NCBI GenBank assembly: GCA_964016885.1
Contig: OZ024744.1
Span: forward strand, 45,570,001 to 45,634,000
DNA from: Eledone cirrhosa
Lineage: Eukaryota
Length of the DNA: 64,000 nucleotides
Direction of reading: 5' to 3'
A program made the position numbers and the translations under genes. The number at the start of each line of letters is the position of its first letter. Position 1 is the stretch's first letter. Under the pieces are notes generated by a model, which searched no databases, was not told the DNA's origin, and saw only the letters and a list, made by a program, of their open reading frames with translations. Positions 52,201 to 64,000 of this stretch are shown here, piece by piece.

Positions 52201-53472
52201 TTGCACTCAGCTTTTGACCTGTGCGGATAGATTCTCCCGGTGGCCATTCCCCTTTCCGACACTACAGCTGAATCTATTTCCAAGGCACTAGTACAGCATT
52301 GGATTTCGCGTTATGGCACACCTTCTACCAACACAATGGACAGAAGCGGCCAGTTCGAACCGAACCTTTTACAACAGCTTATCACCCTACAGCTAACGGT
52401 ATGGTGGAACGTTTCCATCGGCAATTAAAATCTTCTCTCAGAGCATATGTCAACAACAGCAACTAGTTAGACATTTTACCCCTTATCACTCTTGGAATTC
52501 GCTCCACTGTAAAAGAGGGACTCGGTTTTATGCCAGCTGCGCTGGTTTATGGCACGATATTGGTATTACCCGTCTCAACACCCCGTAGATCCAATGAACT
52601 ATATCTATCACCTGCTATTTGTTGCCCCTCGGCCTCAAAGTAACACTACTGAAATTCCATCTGACATACAGCAATGGACAGACGTTTTTGTCAGAAAGGA
52701 CGCTATCAGAGCTCCTTTGCAACCAGGGCCCTACCAGGTACTCAAAAAGACACCCAAGCATTTTATCTTGGACACTGTCAGTGTCTACCGGCTAAAAAAA
52801 CTCATGTGGATTTCAATGGACCCTAACCGTACCAAGTTAACCTAACATCAACGCTCCCCCGCACCGGCAATCCTAACTCTGTGCCAACAACATGAACGAG
52901 ATCCGGTTGACATGTGTACTGGCCATCTTCCTATGCCCAATATGTCGAGTAACAGTATCCTCTCTCTCTATTTACAAGGTAAGTAGGTGACAGTTTTGGG
53001 TCCGAGGTTATTGGTTCTCTATTTCACTACCGTTTCGATCTGGGCGGGGAACTAATATGGCGAAAAAATGTTCCAGCGTTTCTTCTGTAATCCAGGTTTA
53101 AACCGTAGTCAGAGAACGTAATGTCAAATAGAAGTTATTTCCCCTACATTTTTTCAAATTAATTCCCTTGAATTGATGATGGTGTGTAGCGAATGAAATG
53201 TTCCAGCGTTTCCTCTCACTGACATGGCCATTCCTATGAAAGAGACGCAGCGGGAGGTCATCGACCTTTGAGCAAAAATAACCAGCGTTCGATAACTAGG
53301 CTGTCATGGAACGAGGACAGAGAGAGAATTTTCTGTTACAAAAGAGACGACACCTTCCCTGGTCACTTGGCTTTTAACTTCCTAGATGATAGTAATGACG
53401 GACGATAGCCTGCCACCTTCTATTTCAGCATAACACATAAAACAAAGTATCTTCAACAAAACTTCAACAACA
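49285..53472 (+). mobile_element. Heavily decayed Ty3/Gypsy element lacking its 5' LTR; putative 3' LTR ~53057-53472
   Basis: Gag (LKQLFLQRL), protease (VDTGVEVRV), RT ([22 protein letters not shown]), RNase H (KYSTFGRE, DYKPL), integrase (ANGMVERFH, PGPYQVL); PPT-like gggcgggga at ~53042-53050. Confidence 0.9.
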
Positions 53473-54364
53473 CGGTATTCATTTACGAATGTTTACATAC
53501 AACATTGTACTTTTATGATTAGTAGTAATCATATTCCTTTTTTAACTGAAGTGAAGTACATTTTATATCTAACCGACATTACCTATCCTGTCCTATTTAT
53601 TTTCAACAACAACTACTAACCTAGTTTCACTTCAAATATCTGGGTGTTCTGTTTTAATATTGAAATTTGTCTCAGTCTAGTGATAGAGATGGTCCACTTG
53701 CTAGAAATAGCAGCCGAATTCACTGCTTTTTCTGGTGGGGGACACACTTTATGTTCAGTGTTAGGACACCTTTTAAGCGACTCTCGTTCTTAGTTGACTT
53801 GCAGCTAAACAACCAGCACTAGCATCAACAATAATAACAGTAAAACCGCCACTAATAACAACTACAACATTACCACCACCACCACCACCACCACTACCAC
53901 CACCACCACCACAAACAACATCAACAACACTGACACAACAACACCACAAACAACAACAAAATAAAGAAATTTATTCAGTATACAAAATGTTGTCATTTAA
54001 TAAAGGAAAAAGAAAAAAAAGAGATACAAACGAAATAAAGCAACGAACAGAGGGGGAAGGATTAAAGAAGGGCAGATCTGACTATAGGAAAGTAGGAGAA
54101 AGGACTATAAATGTTATAAATGAGAGGAAACGTATGGTAAAACAAAGACTATGAGGTCACGGAAGAGAGGGAGGAGAGATAGGAGGGATGTCTGGGGCCA
54201 GGTGGTGTTTGGGCTGCACACCGCGGACAAAACAGCAAGGTCATTTCCGCGGGCAATGGCCAGCTACACCGCTGCAACAGCCACCCCACCTAGCGGAGCT
54301 CCTTCTTCAGAGGGGCTACTGTTCTGATTTTACGGAGGAGCTTGGCAATACGGGGTCTGATGAC

Positions 54365-54891
54365 GACTGAGTTCTTGACGGTGACCGGTGCAGAGAGGAA
54401 GCGACCAGACAAGCCCCGGTATTTACTTGTCTTCCTATACTCTGTATTGTGGGCCGAAATACCAGGGTTTGTGGCCAAAGAAACAAAATAGGGGCGGAGA
54501 ACGTATCACAGCATTTAGCATCTTAGATGAGGGATTTGCCTCCTTCCAATGAAAAGAGGGTAATTCCGTCGGGGCGCTTGCCATCTCTGCTGCCGAGGCT
54601 TGCTGGCTCCAGTTGTGATGGGAAACCAGCTGAATCCAGGGTCCTTCTTAATTTGTCATTGAGATCGGCATGTCGGGAGTACCGGCCTGCGTTCTGGCGA
54701 CATGATAGTGGATGCAGCCCAAACCCACCAACAACAGCCCCACAACAGTATTTATGTGAACCCCAAACGTGGAGGCCAGGGCGTTGGGTCACTCAGATGT
54801 GTGTGCACTCGTCATCAAGAAGGGTACCGGTTGATGAGGAGAGCACAGATTTGAGCAATGCATCGCTGTTTGGCTGCGAAACAGATCGGAG
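54365..54891 (-). mobile_element. CRE-like fragment, inverted duplicate of 46990-47490
   Basis: GLHPLSC...RHADLN...[10 protein letters not shown] (ORF 54523-54792). Confidence 0.82.
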
Positions 54892-54971
54892 ACAATATCT
54901 TGGACTTCCAACAAAAGTAAAATTACAGCACCTACCTAATTCTTGTGCATTGAGTACTCCTTCCTTTATGA

Positions 54972-55092
54972 TCTGAGTTCAAATCCTGTCGAGGTTAACT
55001 TTGCCTTTCATCCTTACGGGCTCGATAAAATAAAGTACCAGTAATGCACTGAGATAATTGCTGGCCTTGTGCCAAATGTAGAAACAGTTATT
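54972..55092 (+). mobile_element. 5'-truncated SINE
   Basis: ctgagttcaaatcc...gcctttcatccttacgggctcgataaaataaagtacc...tgtgccaaatgtagaaaca. Confidence 0.85.
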
Positions 55093-56169
55093 TACAGAAC
55101 CTTTTAAAAGCGAATACTCTTCAACCCTAAACAAACATACAGCCTCTCGCTCTCTCTCTCTTTCTCTTTCTCTTTCTCGCTCTCCCTGCCTCTTTCTCTC
55201 TATTCTCTCTTTCTTCCATGTCCTCATCTCTTTCTCGCTCTCTTTTTCTATATATATATATATATCACACACACACACACACACACATACATATCTCACT
55301 TTGGCAGTGTTGGTGGGAGAGAGCTGTGGTAGTAAGAAGAGTACAGACAACAGTGACAGTAGGAGTAGGGTGTGTGACGTCATAAGATGGACGCTGTAGA
55401 AAGTTTTGAGATAGGTGGGTTGGTAGGGAGGTATATCTACTATAGAAGTCCCGTTCTGTCTGTCTGTGTAAAGTATTATAACTTGCGTATTGTTCATCGA
55501 TCTCGCTAAAATGTTACACATTGCCAAAGGAGGATGCGAGACGTGTCAATAACAACTATTTATTGCATAATTGTTACTTTCAAAGTGATAATCGCCATGT
55601 TTCTAATACTTGTGTGTCTTTGCGTTAAAACATCTCCATTAGAACTGCCGTAAGCAGTAACCCGGCTGAGAAAGAGAAGGAAGTAGAAAGTGCAGAGTAG
55701 AAGAGAGAGAGGGACAGAAAAAGAAAGAGAGAGAATGTCTATAGGAGGGAAACAGCGAGAGAAAGAAAGAGACAAAGAAAAAAGGGAGAGAGAGAGAGAG
55801 AAGGCTATGTGAGAGAAGGAATTGGCAAAATGAGAGAGAAAGAAGAGGCTGTGTGAGAGGGGAAAGAAAGATAGAGTGAGACAGTAAATAACCGCATGTT
55901 GTGAGAAGAGAAGCAGACGACAAGATAAAACATTAAACACGATATTAGAAAAATATTTTTGTAAATATGGCAATATTTTATATATACATAAATACATAGA
56001 TAAATCTACATATACAATTGCATGTGTATAGTAAAGAAAACAGGTATACATAAATGAAGGTAGAAATAAAATACGTATATAGTAGTTGCTAGACGACTAT
56101 ATACGCACATATAAATAAGAATATATACATACATTAAAATATAAAAATGAAATGGTAAAATAATATAAT

Positions 56170-59100
56170 AAAACGGAAAAAATGAAACGAAATTTAATTT
56201 CCCACTCTTAGTACGGCTGGTACTTAAATATAAGTATGTACACGTACATACATATATGTATACAGACGTACAGTAGTATGTATATATATATACATACATG
56301 CACACATATATATATGTACGTATGGATTCACCGAACATTTATTATAATGCTCGGTGTGTTTGTAAACAAACATCCCGTATTAAGCTGTAGTGTCCAGCAA
56401 CCATCGTTGCTCGTTTGTTCAACACGTGTACATACTTATATTTAAGTAACAGTCGTACAAAGAGTGGTAAATGAAATTTCGTTTCATTTATACCGTTTAT
56501 CGTTTTCGGTGCATCCGACCGATTAACCCACTCGATATGCAAATTGGGTTACTCAGACGTTAATATGCATAAGGTAAGTATATACGTTCAACAATCTGGC
56601 AGGAAGGTATACGTTGCTGACGATAGCTAATAAGTTTGAAACGAGTACTGCGTTACTTTGTCAGTGTTGAACAAACGAACAACGATGGTTTCTGGACACT
56701 ACAGCTTAATACGGGATGTTTGTTTACAAACACACCGAGCATTATAATAAATGTTGGGTGAATCCATACGTACGTATATATATGTGTGCATGTATGTATA
56801 TATATATATATACATACCACTGTACGTCTGTATACATATATGTATGTACGCGTACATACATATTTAAGTAACAGCCGTACTAAGAGTGGGAAATGAAATT
56901 TCGTTTCATTTTTTCCGTTTATAGTTTTCGGTGCACACGGTCAATTAACCCACTCGATACGCAAATATGGGCTACTCAGCCGTTAATATGCATAAGGTAA
57001 GTATATACGTTCAACAATCTGGCAGGAAGGTATACGTTGCTGACGATAGCTAATAAGTTTGAAACTAGTACAGCGTTCCTTTGTCAGTGTTGAACAAATG
57101 ATGCAACGATGGTTCCTGGACACTACGGCTTAATACGGGATGTTTGTTTACAAACACACCGAGCATTATAATAAATGTTCGGTGAATCCATACGTACATA
57201 TATATATGTGTGCATGTATGTATATACATATATACATACTACTGTACGTCTATATACATATATGTATGTACGCGTACATACGTATATTTAAGTAACAGCC
57301 GTACTAAGAGTGGGAAATGAAATTTCGTTTCATTTTTTCCGTTTATCGTTTTCGGTGCACCCGGCCGATTAACCCACTCGATATGCAAATTGGGTTACTC
57401 AGCCGTTAATATGCATGAGGTACGTATATAAGTTCAACTATCTGGCAGGAAGGTTTAGGTTGCTGACGATAGCTAATAAGCTTGAAACTAATACAGCGTT
57501 CCTTTGTCAGTGTTGAACAAACGAGCAAAGATGGATGCTGGACACTACGACTTAATACGGGATGTTTGTTTACAAACACAATGAGCATTATAATAAATGT
57601 TCGGTGAATCCATACGTACATATATATATATATATATGTGTGCATGTATGTATATATATATACATACTACTGTACATCTGTCTACATATAAGTATGTACG
57701 TGTACATACTTATATTTAAGTAACAGCCGTACTAAGAGTGGGAAATGAAATTTCGTTTCATTTTTTTCCGTTTATCGTTTTCGGTGCACCCGGCCGATTA
57801 ACCCACTCGATATGCAAATTGGGCTACTCAGCCGTTACTATGCATAAGGTAAGTATATACGTTCAACAATCTGGCAGGAAGGTATACGTTGCTGACGATA
57901 GCTAATAAGCTTGAAACTAGTACAGCGTTTCTTTGTCAGTGATGAACAAACGAGCAACGATAGTTGTTGGACACTACGGCTTAATACGGGATGTTTGTTT
58001 ACAAACACACCGAGCATTATAATATATGTTCGGTGAATCCATACGTACATATATATATATATGTGTGTGCATGTATGTATATATATATACATACTACTGT
58101 ACGTCTGTATACATATATGTATGTACGTGTACATACTTCTATTTAAGTGACAGCCGTACTAAGAGTGGGAAATGAAAATTCGTCTTATTTTTTCCGTTTC
58201 TCGTTTTCGTTGCACCCGGCCGATTAACCCACTCGATATGCAAATTGGGCTACTCAGCCGTTACTATGCATAAGGTAAGTATATAAGTTCAACAATCTGG
58301 CATGAAGGTATACGTTGCTGACGATAGCTAATAAGCTTGAAACTAGTACAGCGTTTCTTTGTCAGTGTTGAACAAGCGCGCAACGATGCTTGCTGGACAC
58401 TACGGCTTAATACGGGATGTTTGTTTACAAACACACCGAGCATTATAATAAATGTTCGGTGAATCCATACGTACATATATATATGTGTGCATGTATGTAT
58501 ATATATATACATACTACTGTACGTCTGTATACTTATATGTATGTACGTGTACATACTTATATTTAAGTAAGAGCCGTACTAAGAGTGGGAAATGAAATTT
58601 CGTTTCATTTTTTCAGTTTATCGTTTTCGGTGCACCCGGCCGATTAACCCATTCTATATGCAAATTGGGCTACTCAGCCGTTACTATGCATAAGGTAAGT
58701 ATATACGTTCAACAATCTGGCAGGATGGTATACGTTGCTGACGATAGCTAATAAGCTTGAAACTAGTACAGCGTTTCTTTGTTAGTGATGAACAAACGAG
58801 CAACGATGGTTGCTAGACACTACGGCTTAATACGGGATGTTTGTTTACAAACACACCGAGCATTATTATAAATGTTCGTTGAATCCATACGTACATATAT
58901 ATATATGTGTGTGCATTTATGTATATATATATACATACTACTGTACGGCTGTATACATATATGTATGTACGTGTACATTCTTATATTTAAGTAACAGCGG
59001 TACTAAGAGTTTGAAATGAAATTTCGTTTCATTTTTTCCGTTTATCGTTTTCGGTGCACCCGGCCGATTAACCCACTCGATATGCAAATTGGGCTACTCA

Positions 59101-62100
59101 GCCGTTACTATGCATAAGGTAAGTATATACGTTCAACAATTTAGCAGGAAGGTATACGTTGCTGACGATAACTAATAAGCTTGAAACTAGTAAAGCGTTC
59201 CTTTATCAGTGTTGAACAAACGAGCAACGATGGTTTCTGTACACTACGGCTTAATACGGGATGTTTGTTTAAAAACACACCGAACATTATAATAAATGTT
59301 CGGTGAATCCGTACCGACATATATATATATGTGTGTGCATGTATGTATATATATATACATACTATTGTACATCTGTATACATATATGTATGTACGCGTAC
59401 ATTCTTATTTTTAAGTAACAGCGGTACTAAGAGTTTGAAATGAAATTTCGTTTCATTTTGTCCGTTTATCGTTTTCGGTGCACCCGGCCGATTAACCCAC
59501 TCGATATGCAAATTGGGCTACTCAGCCGTTACTATGCATAAGGTAAGTATATAAGTTCAACAATCTGGCAGGAAGGTTACGTTGCTGACGATAGCTAATA
59601 AGCTTGAAACTAGTACAGCGTTCCTTTGTCAGTGTTGAACAAATGATGCAACGATGGTTACTGGATACTACGGCTTAATGCGGGATGTTTGTTTACAAAC
59701 ACACCGAGCATTATAATAAATGTTCGGTGAATCCATACGTACATATATATATGTGTGCATGTATGTATATATATATATACATACTACTGTACGTCTGTAT
59801 ACTTATATGTATGTACGTGTACATACTTATATTTAAGTAACAGCTGTACTAAGAGGGCAAACGAAATTTCGTTTCATTTTTTCTGTTTCTCATTTTCGTT
59901 GCACCCGGCCGATTAACCCACTCGATATGCAAATATGTGCTACTCAACCGTTAATATACATAAGGTAAGTATATACTTATTCAATCTGGCAGGAAGGTAT
60001 ACGTTGCTGACGATAGCTAATAAGCTTGAAACTAGTACAGCGTTCCATTGTCAGTGTTGAACAAACGAGCAACGATGGTTGCTGGACACTACGGCTTAAT
60101 ACGGGATGTTTGTTTACTAACACACCGAACATTATAATAAATATTCGGTGAATCCATACGTATATATATATATATGTGTGCATGTATGTATATATATATA
60201 CATACTACTGTACGTCTGTATCCATATATGTATGTACGTGTACATTCTTATATTTAAGTAACAGCCGTACTAAGAGTTTGAAATGAAATTTCGTTTCATT
60301 TTTTCCGTTTATGGTTTTCGGTGCACCCTGCCGATTAACCCACTCGATATGCAAATTACTATGCATAAGGTAAGTATATAAGTTCAACAATCTGGCAGGA
60401 AGGTATACGTTGCTGACGATAGCTAATAAGCTTGAAACTAGTACAGCGTTTCTTTGTCAGTGATGAACAAACGAGCAACGATAGTTGTTGGACACTACGG
60501 CTTAATACGGGATGTTTGTTTACAAACACACCGAGCATTATAATATATGTTCGGTGAATCCATACGTACATATATATATATGTGTGTGCATGTATGTATA
60601 TATATTTACATAATACTGTACGTCTGTATACATACATGTATGTACGCGTACATACGTATATATAAGTAACAGCCGTACTAAGAGTGGGAAATGAAATTTC
60701 GTTTCATTTTTTCCGTTTATCGTTTTCGGTGCACCCGGCCGATTAACCCACTCGATATGCAAATTGGGTTACTCAGCCGTTAATATGCATGAGGTAAGTA
60801 TATAAGTTCAACAATCTGGCAGGAAGGTATACGTTGCTGACGATAGCTAATAAGCTTGAAACTAGTACAGCGTTCCTTTGTCAGTGTTGAACAAACGAGC
60901 AAAGATGGATGCTGGACACTACGTCTTATACGGGATGTTTGTTTACAAACACAATGAGCATTATAGTAAATGTTCGGTGAATCCATACGTACATATATAT
61001 ATATATGGGTGCATGTATGTATATATATATACATACTACTGCACGTCTGTATACATATATGTATGTACGTGTACATACTTATATTTAAGTACCAGCCGTA
61101 CTAAGAGTGGTAAATGAAATTTCGTTTCATTTTTTTCCTTTATCGTTTTCGGTGCACCCGGCCGATTAAACCACTCGATATGCAAATTGGGTAACTCAGC
61201 CCTTAATATGCATAAGGTAAGTATATACGTTCAACAATTTAGCAGGAAGGTATACGTTGCTGACGATAACTAATAAGCTTGAAACTAGTAAAGCGTTCCT
61301 TTATCAGTGTTGAACAAACGAGCAACGATGGTTTCTGTACACTACGGCTTAATACGGGATGTTTGTTTACAAACACACCGAACATTATAATAAATGTTCG
61401 GTGAATCCGTACCGACATATATATATATGTGTGTACATGTATGTATATATATATACATACTACTGTACATCTGTATACATATATGTATGTACGCGTACAT
61501 ACTTATTTTTAAGTAACAGCCGTACTAAGAGTGAGAAATGAAATTTCGTTTCATTTTTTCCGTTTATCGTTTTCGGTGCACCCAGTCGATTAACCGACTC
61601 GATATGCAAATTGGGCTACTCAGCCGTTAATATGAATAAGGTAAGTATATACGTTCAACAATCTGGCAGGAAGGTTACGTTGCTGACGATAGCTAATATG
61701 CTTGAAACTAGTACAGCGTTCCTTTGTCAGTGTTGAACAAATGATGCAACGATGGTTACTGGATACTACGGCTTAATAGGGGATGTTTGTTTACAAACAC
61801 ACCGAGCATTATAATAAATGTTCGGTGAATCCATACGTACATATATATATGTGTGCATGTATGAATATATATATACATACTACAGTACGTCTGTATACTT
61901 ATATGTATGTACGTGTACATACTTATATTTAAGTAACAGCTGTACTAAGAGGGAAATAAAATTTCGTTTCATTTTTTCCGTTTATCGTTTTCGGTGCACC
62001 CGGCCGATTAACCCACTCGATATGCAAATTGGGCTACTCAGCCGTTACTATGCATAAGGTAATTATATAAGTTCAACAATCTGGCAGGAAGGTATACGTT

Positions 62101-64000
62101 GCTGACGATAGCTAATAAGCTTGAAACTAGTACAGCGTTCCTTTGTCAGTGTTGAACAAATGATGCAACGATGGTTGTTGGATACTACGTCTTAATACGG
62201 GATGTTTGTTTACAAACACACCGAGCATGATAATAAATGTTCGGTGAATCCATACGTACATATATATATGTGTGCATGTATGTATATATATATACATACT
62301 ACTGTACGTCTGTATACTTATATGTATGTACGTGTACATACTTATATTTAAGTAACAGCCGTACTAAGAGTGGTAAATGAAATTTCTTTCATTTTTTTCC
62401 TTTATCGTTTTCGGTGCACCCGGCCGATTAACCCACTCGATACGCAAATATGGGCTACTCAGCCGTTACTATGCATAAGGTAAGTATATACGTTCAACAA
62501 TCTGGCAGAACGGTATTCGTTGCTGACGATAGCTAATAAGCTTGAAACTAGTACAGCGTTTCTTTGTCAGTGATGAACAAACGAGCAACGATAGTTGTTG
62601 GACACTACGGCTTAATACGGGATGTTTGTTTACAAACACACCGAGCATTATAATATATGTTCGGTGAATCCATACGTACATATATATATATGTGCATGTA
62701 TGTATATATATATAAATACTACTGTACGTCTGTTTACATATATGTATGTACGCGTACATACTTATATTTAAGTAACAGCCGTACTAAGAGTGAGAAATAA
62801 AATTTCGTTTCATTTTTTCCGTTTATCGATTTCGGTGCACCCGGCCGATTAACCCACTCGATATGCAAATTGGGCTACTCAGCTGTTAATATGCATAAGG
62901 TAAGTATATAAGTTCAACAATCTGGCAGGAAGGTATACGTTGCTGACGATAGCTAATAAGTTTGAAACTAGTACAGCGTTCCTTTGTCAGTGTTGAACAA
63001 ATGATGCAACGATGGTTCCTGGACACTACGGCTTAATACGGGATGTTTGTTTACAAACACACCGAGCATTATAATAATGTTCGGTAAATCCATACGTACA
63101 TATATATATGTGTGCATGTACGTATATACATATATACATACTACTGTACGTCTATATACATATATGTATGTACGCGTACATACGTATATTTAAGTAACAG
63201 CCGTACTAAGAGTGGGAAATGGAATTTCGTTTCATTTTTTCCGTTTATCGTTTTCGGTGCACCCGGCCGATTAACCCACTCGATATGCAAATTGGGTTAC
63301 TCAGCCGTTAATATGCATGTGGTAAGTATATACGTTCAACAATCTGGCAGGAAGGTATACGTTGCTGACGATAGCTAATAAGCTTGAAACTAGTACAGCG
63401 TTCCTTTGTTAGTGTTGAACAAATGATGCAACGATGGTTACTGGATACTACGGCTTAATACGGGATGTTTGTTTACAAACACACCGAGCATTATAATAAA
63501 TGTTCGGTGAATCCATACGTACATATATATATGTGTGCATGTATGTATATATATATACATACTACTGTACGTCTGTATACTTATATGTATGTACGTGTAC
63601 ATACTTATATTTAAGTAACAGCTGTACTAAGAGGGCAAATGAAATTTCGTTTCATTTTTTCTGTTTCTCATTTTCGTTGCACCCGGCCGATTAACCCACT
63701 TGATATGCAAATATGTGCTACTCAACCGTTAATATACATAAGGTAAGTATATACGTTCAACAATCTGGCAGGAAGGTATACGTTGCTGACGATAGCTAAT
63801 AAGCTTGAAACTAATACAGCGTTCCTTTGTCAGTGTTGAACAAACGAGCAACGATAGTTGCTGGACACTACGGCTTAATACGGGATGTTTGTTTACTAAC
63901 ACACCGAGAATTATAATAGATGTTCGGTGAATCCATACGTATATATATATATATGTGCATGTATGTATATATATATACATACTACTGTACGTCTGTATCC
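56170..64000 (+). repeat. ~423-bp tandem array (18 hammerhead-bearing units, continuing past the window end) preceded by an inverted partial unit (56170-56425)
   Basis: CTGACGA core at 56617, 57040, 57463, 57892, 58318, 58738, 59162, 59585, 60007, 60413, 60837, 61260, 61683, 62102, 62523, 62943, 63365, 63786. Confidence 0.97.
57886..57928 (+). ncRNA. Minimal type I hammerhead ribozyme (representative; one per array unit)
   Basis: ACGTTG-CTGACGA-t-AGCT(aata)AGCT-t-GAAA-CTAG-TA-CAGCGT: stem I 6 bp and extendable, canonical core, palindromic stem III (ACTAGT), GUA triplet. Confidence 0.82.

Noticed and set aside
54979-56051. ORFs of 182 and 163 aa
   Set aside because: Composed of GA/CA microsatellite and SINE sequence.
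56170-64000. CRISPR array or repeated small-protein gene cluster
   Set aside because: Whole units repeat with no unique spacers; the short ORFs vary in frame and start in microsatellite; the context is eukaryotic.

Overview
Eukaryotic, AT-rich, gene-free repeat-dense region. The SINE family, RTE LINEs and long (TA)/(CA) microsatellites suggest a coleoid cephalopod such as an octopus, but this is inference. No host protein-coding gene is evident. Identified contents: five RTE-clade LINE copies (one with an intact 5'-truncated RT ORF; the four that span this part of RT carry a PHD-like finger inside it), several Penelope-like element (PLE) relics with RT and/or GIY-YIG, two decayed Ty3/Gypsy LTR elements, a Helitron helicase fragment, CRE- and HERO-type RLE non-LTR relics, a Tigger-like MITE, a hAT end, six tRNA-type SINE copies, CAC-rich minisatellites and nested segmental/inverted duplications. 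The main discovery is non-coding. The ~423-bp tandem 'satellite' at 56.2-64 kb carries a minimal type I hammerhead ribozyme in each of 18 units, which makes it a retrozyme-like array that could yield ~423-nt circular RNAs. A related 466-bp family at 10-11 kb has a different sequence but the same fold. Several more PLE-associated hammerheads lie between 15 and 25 kb. All structures were read by eye; boundaries are approximate and activity is untested.
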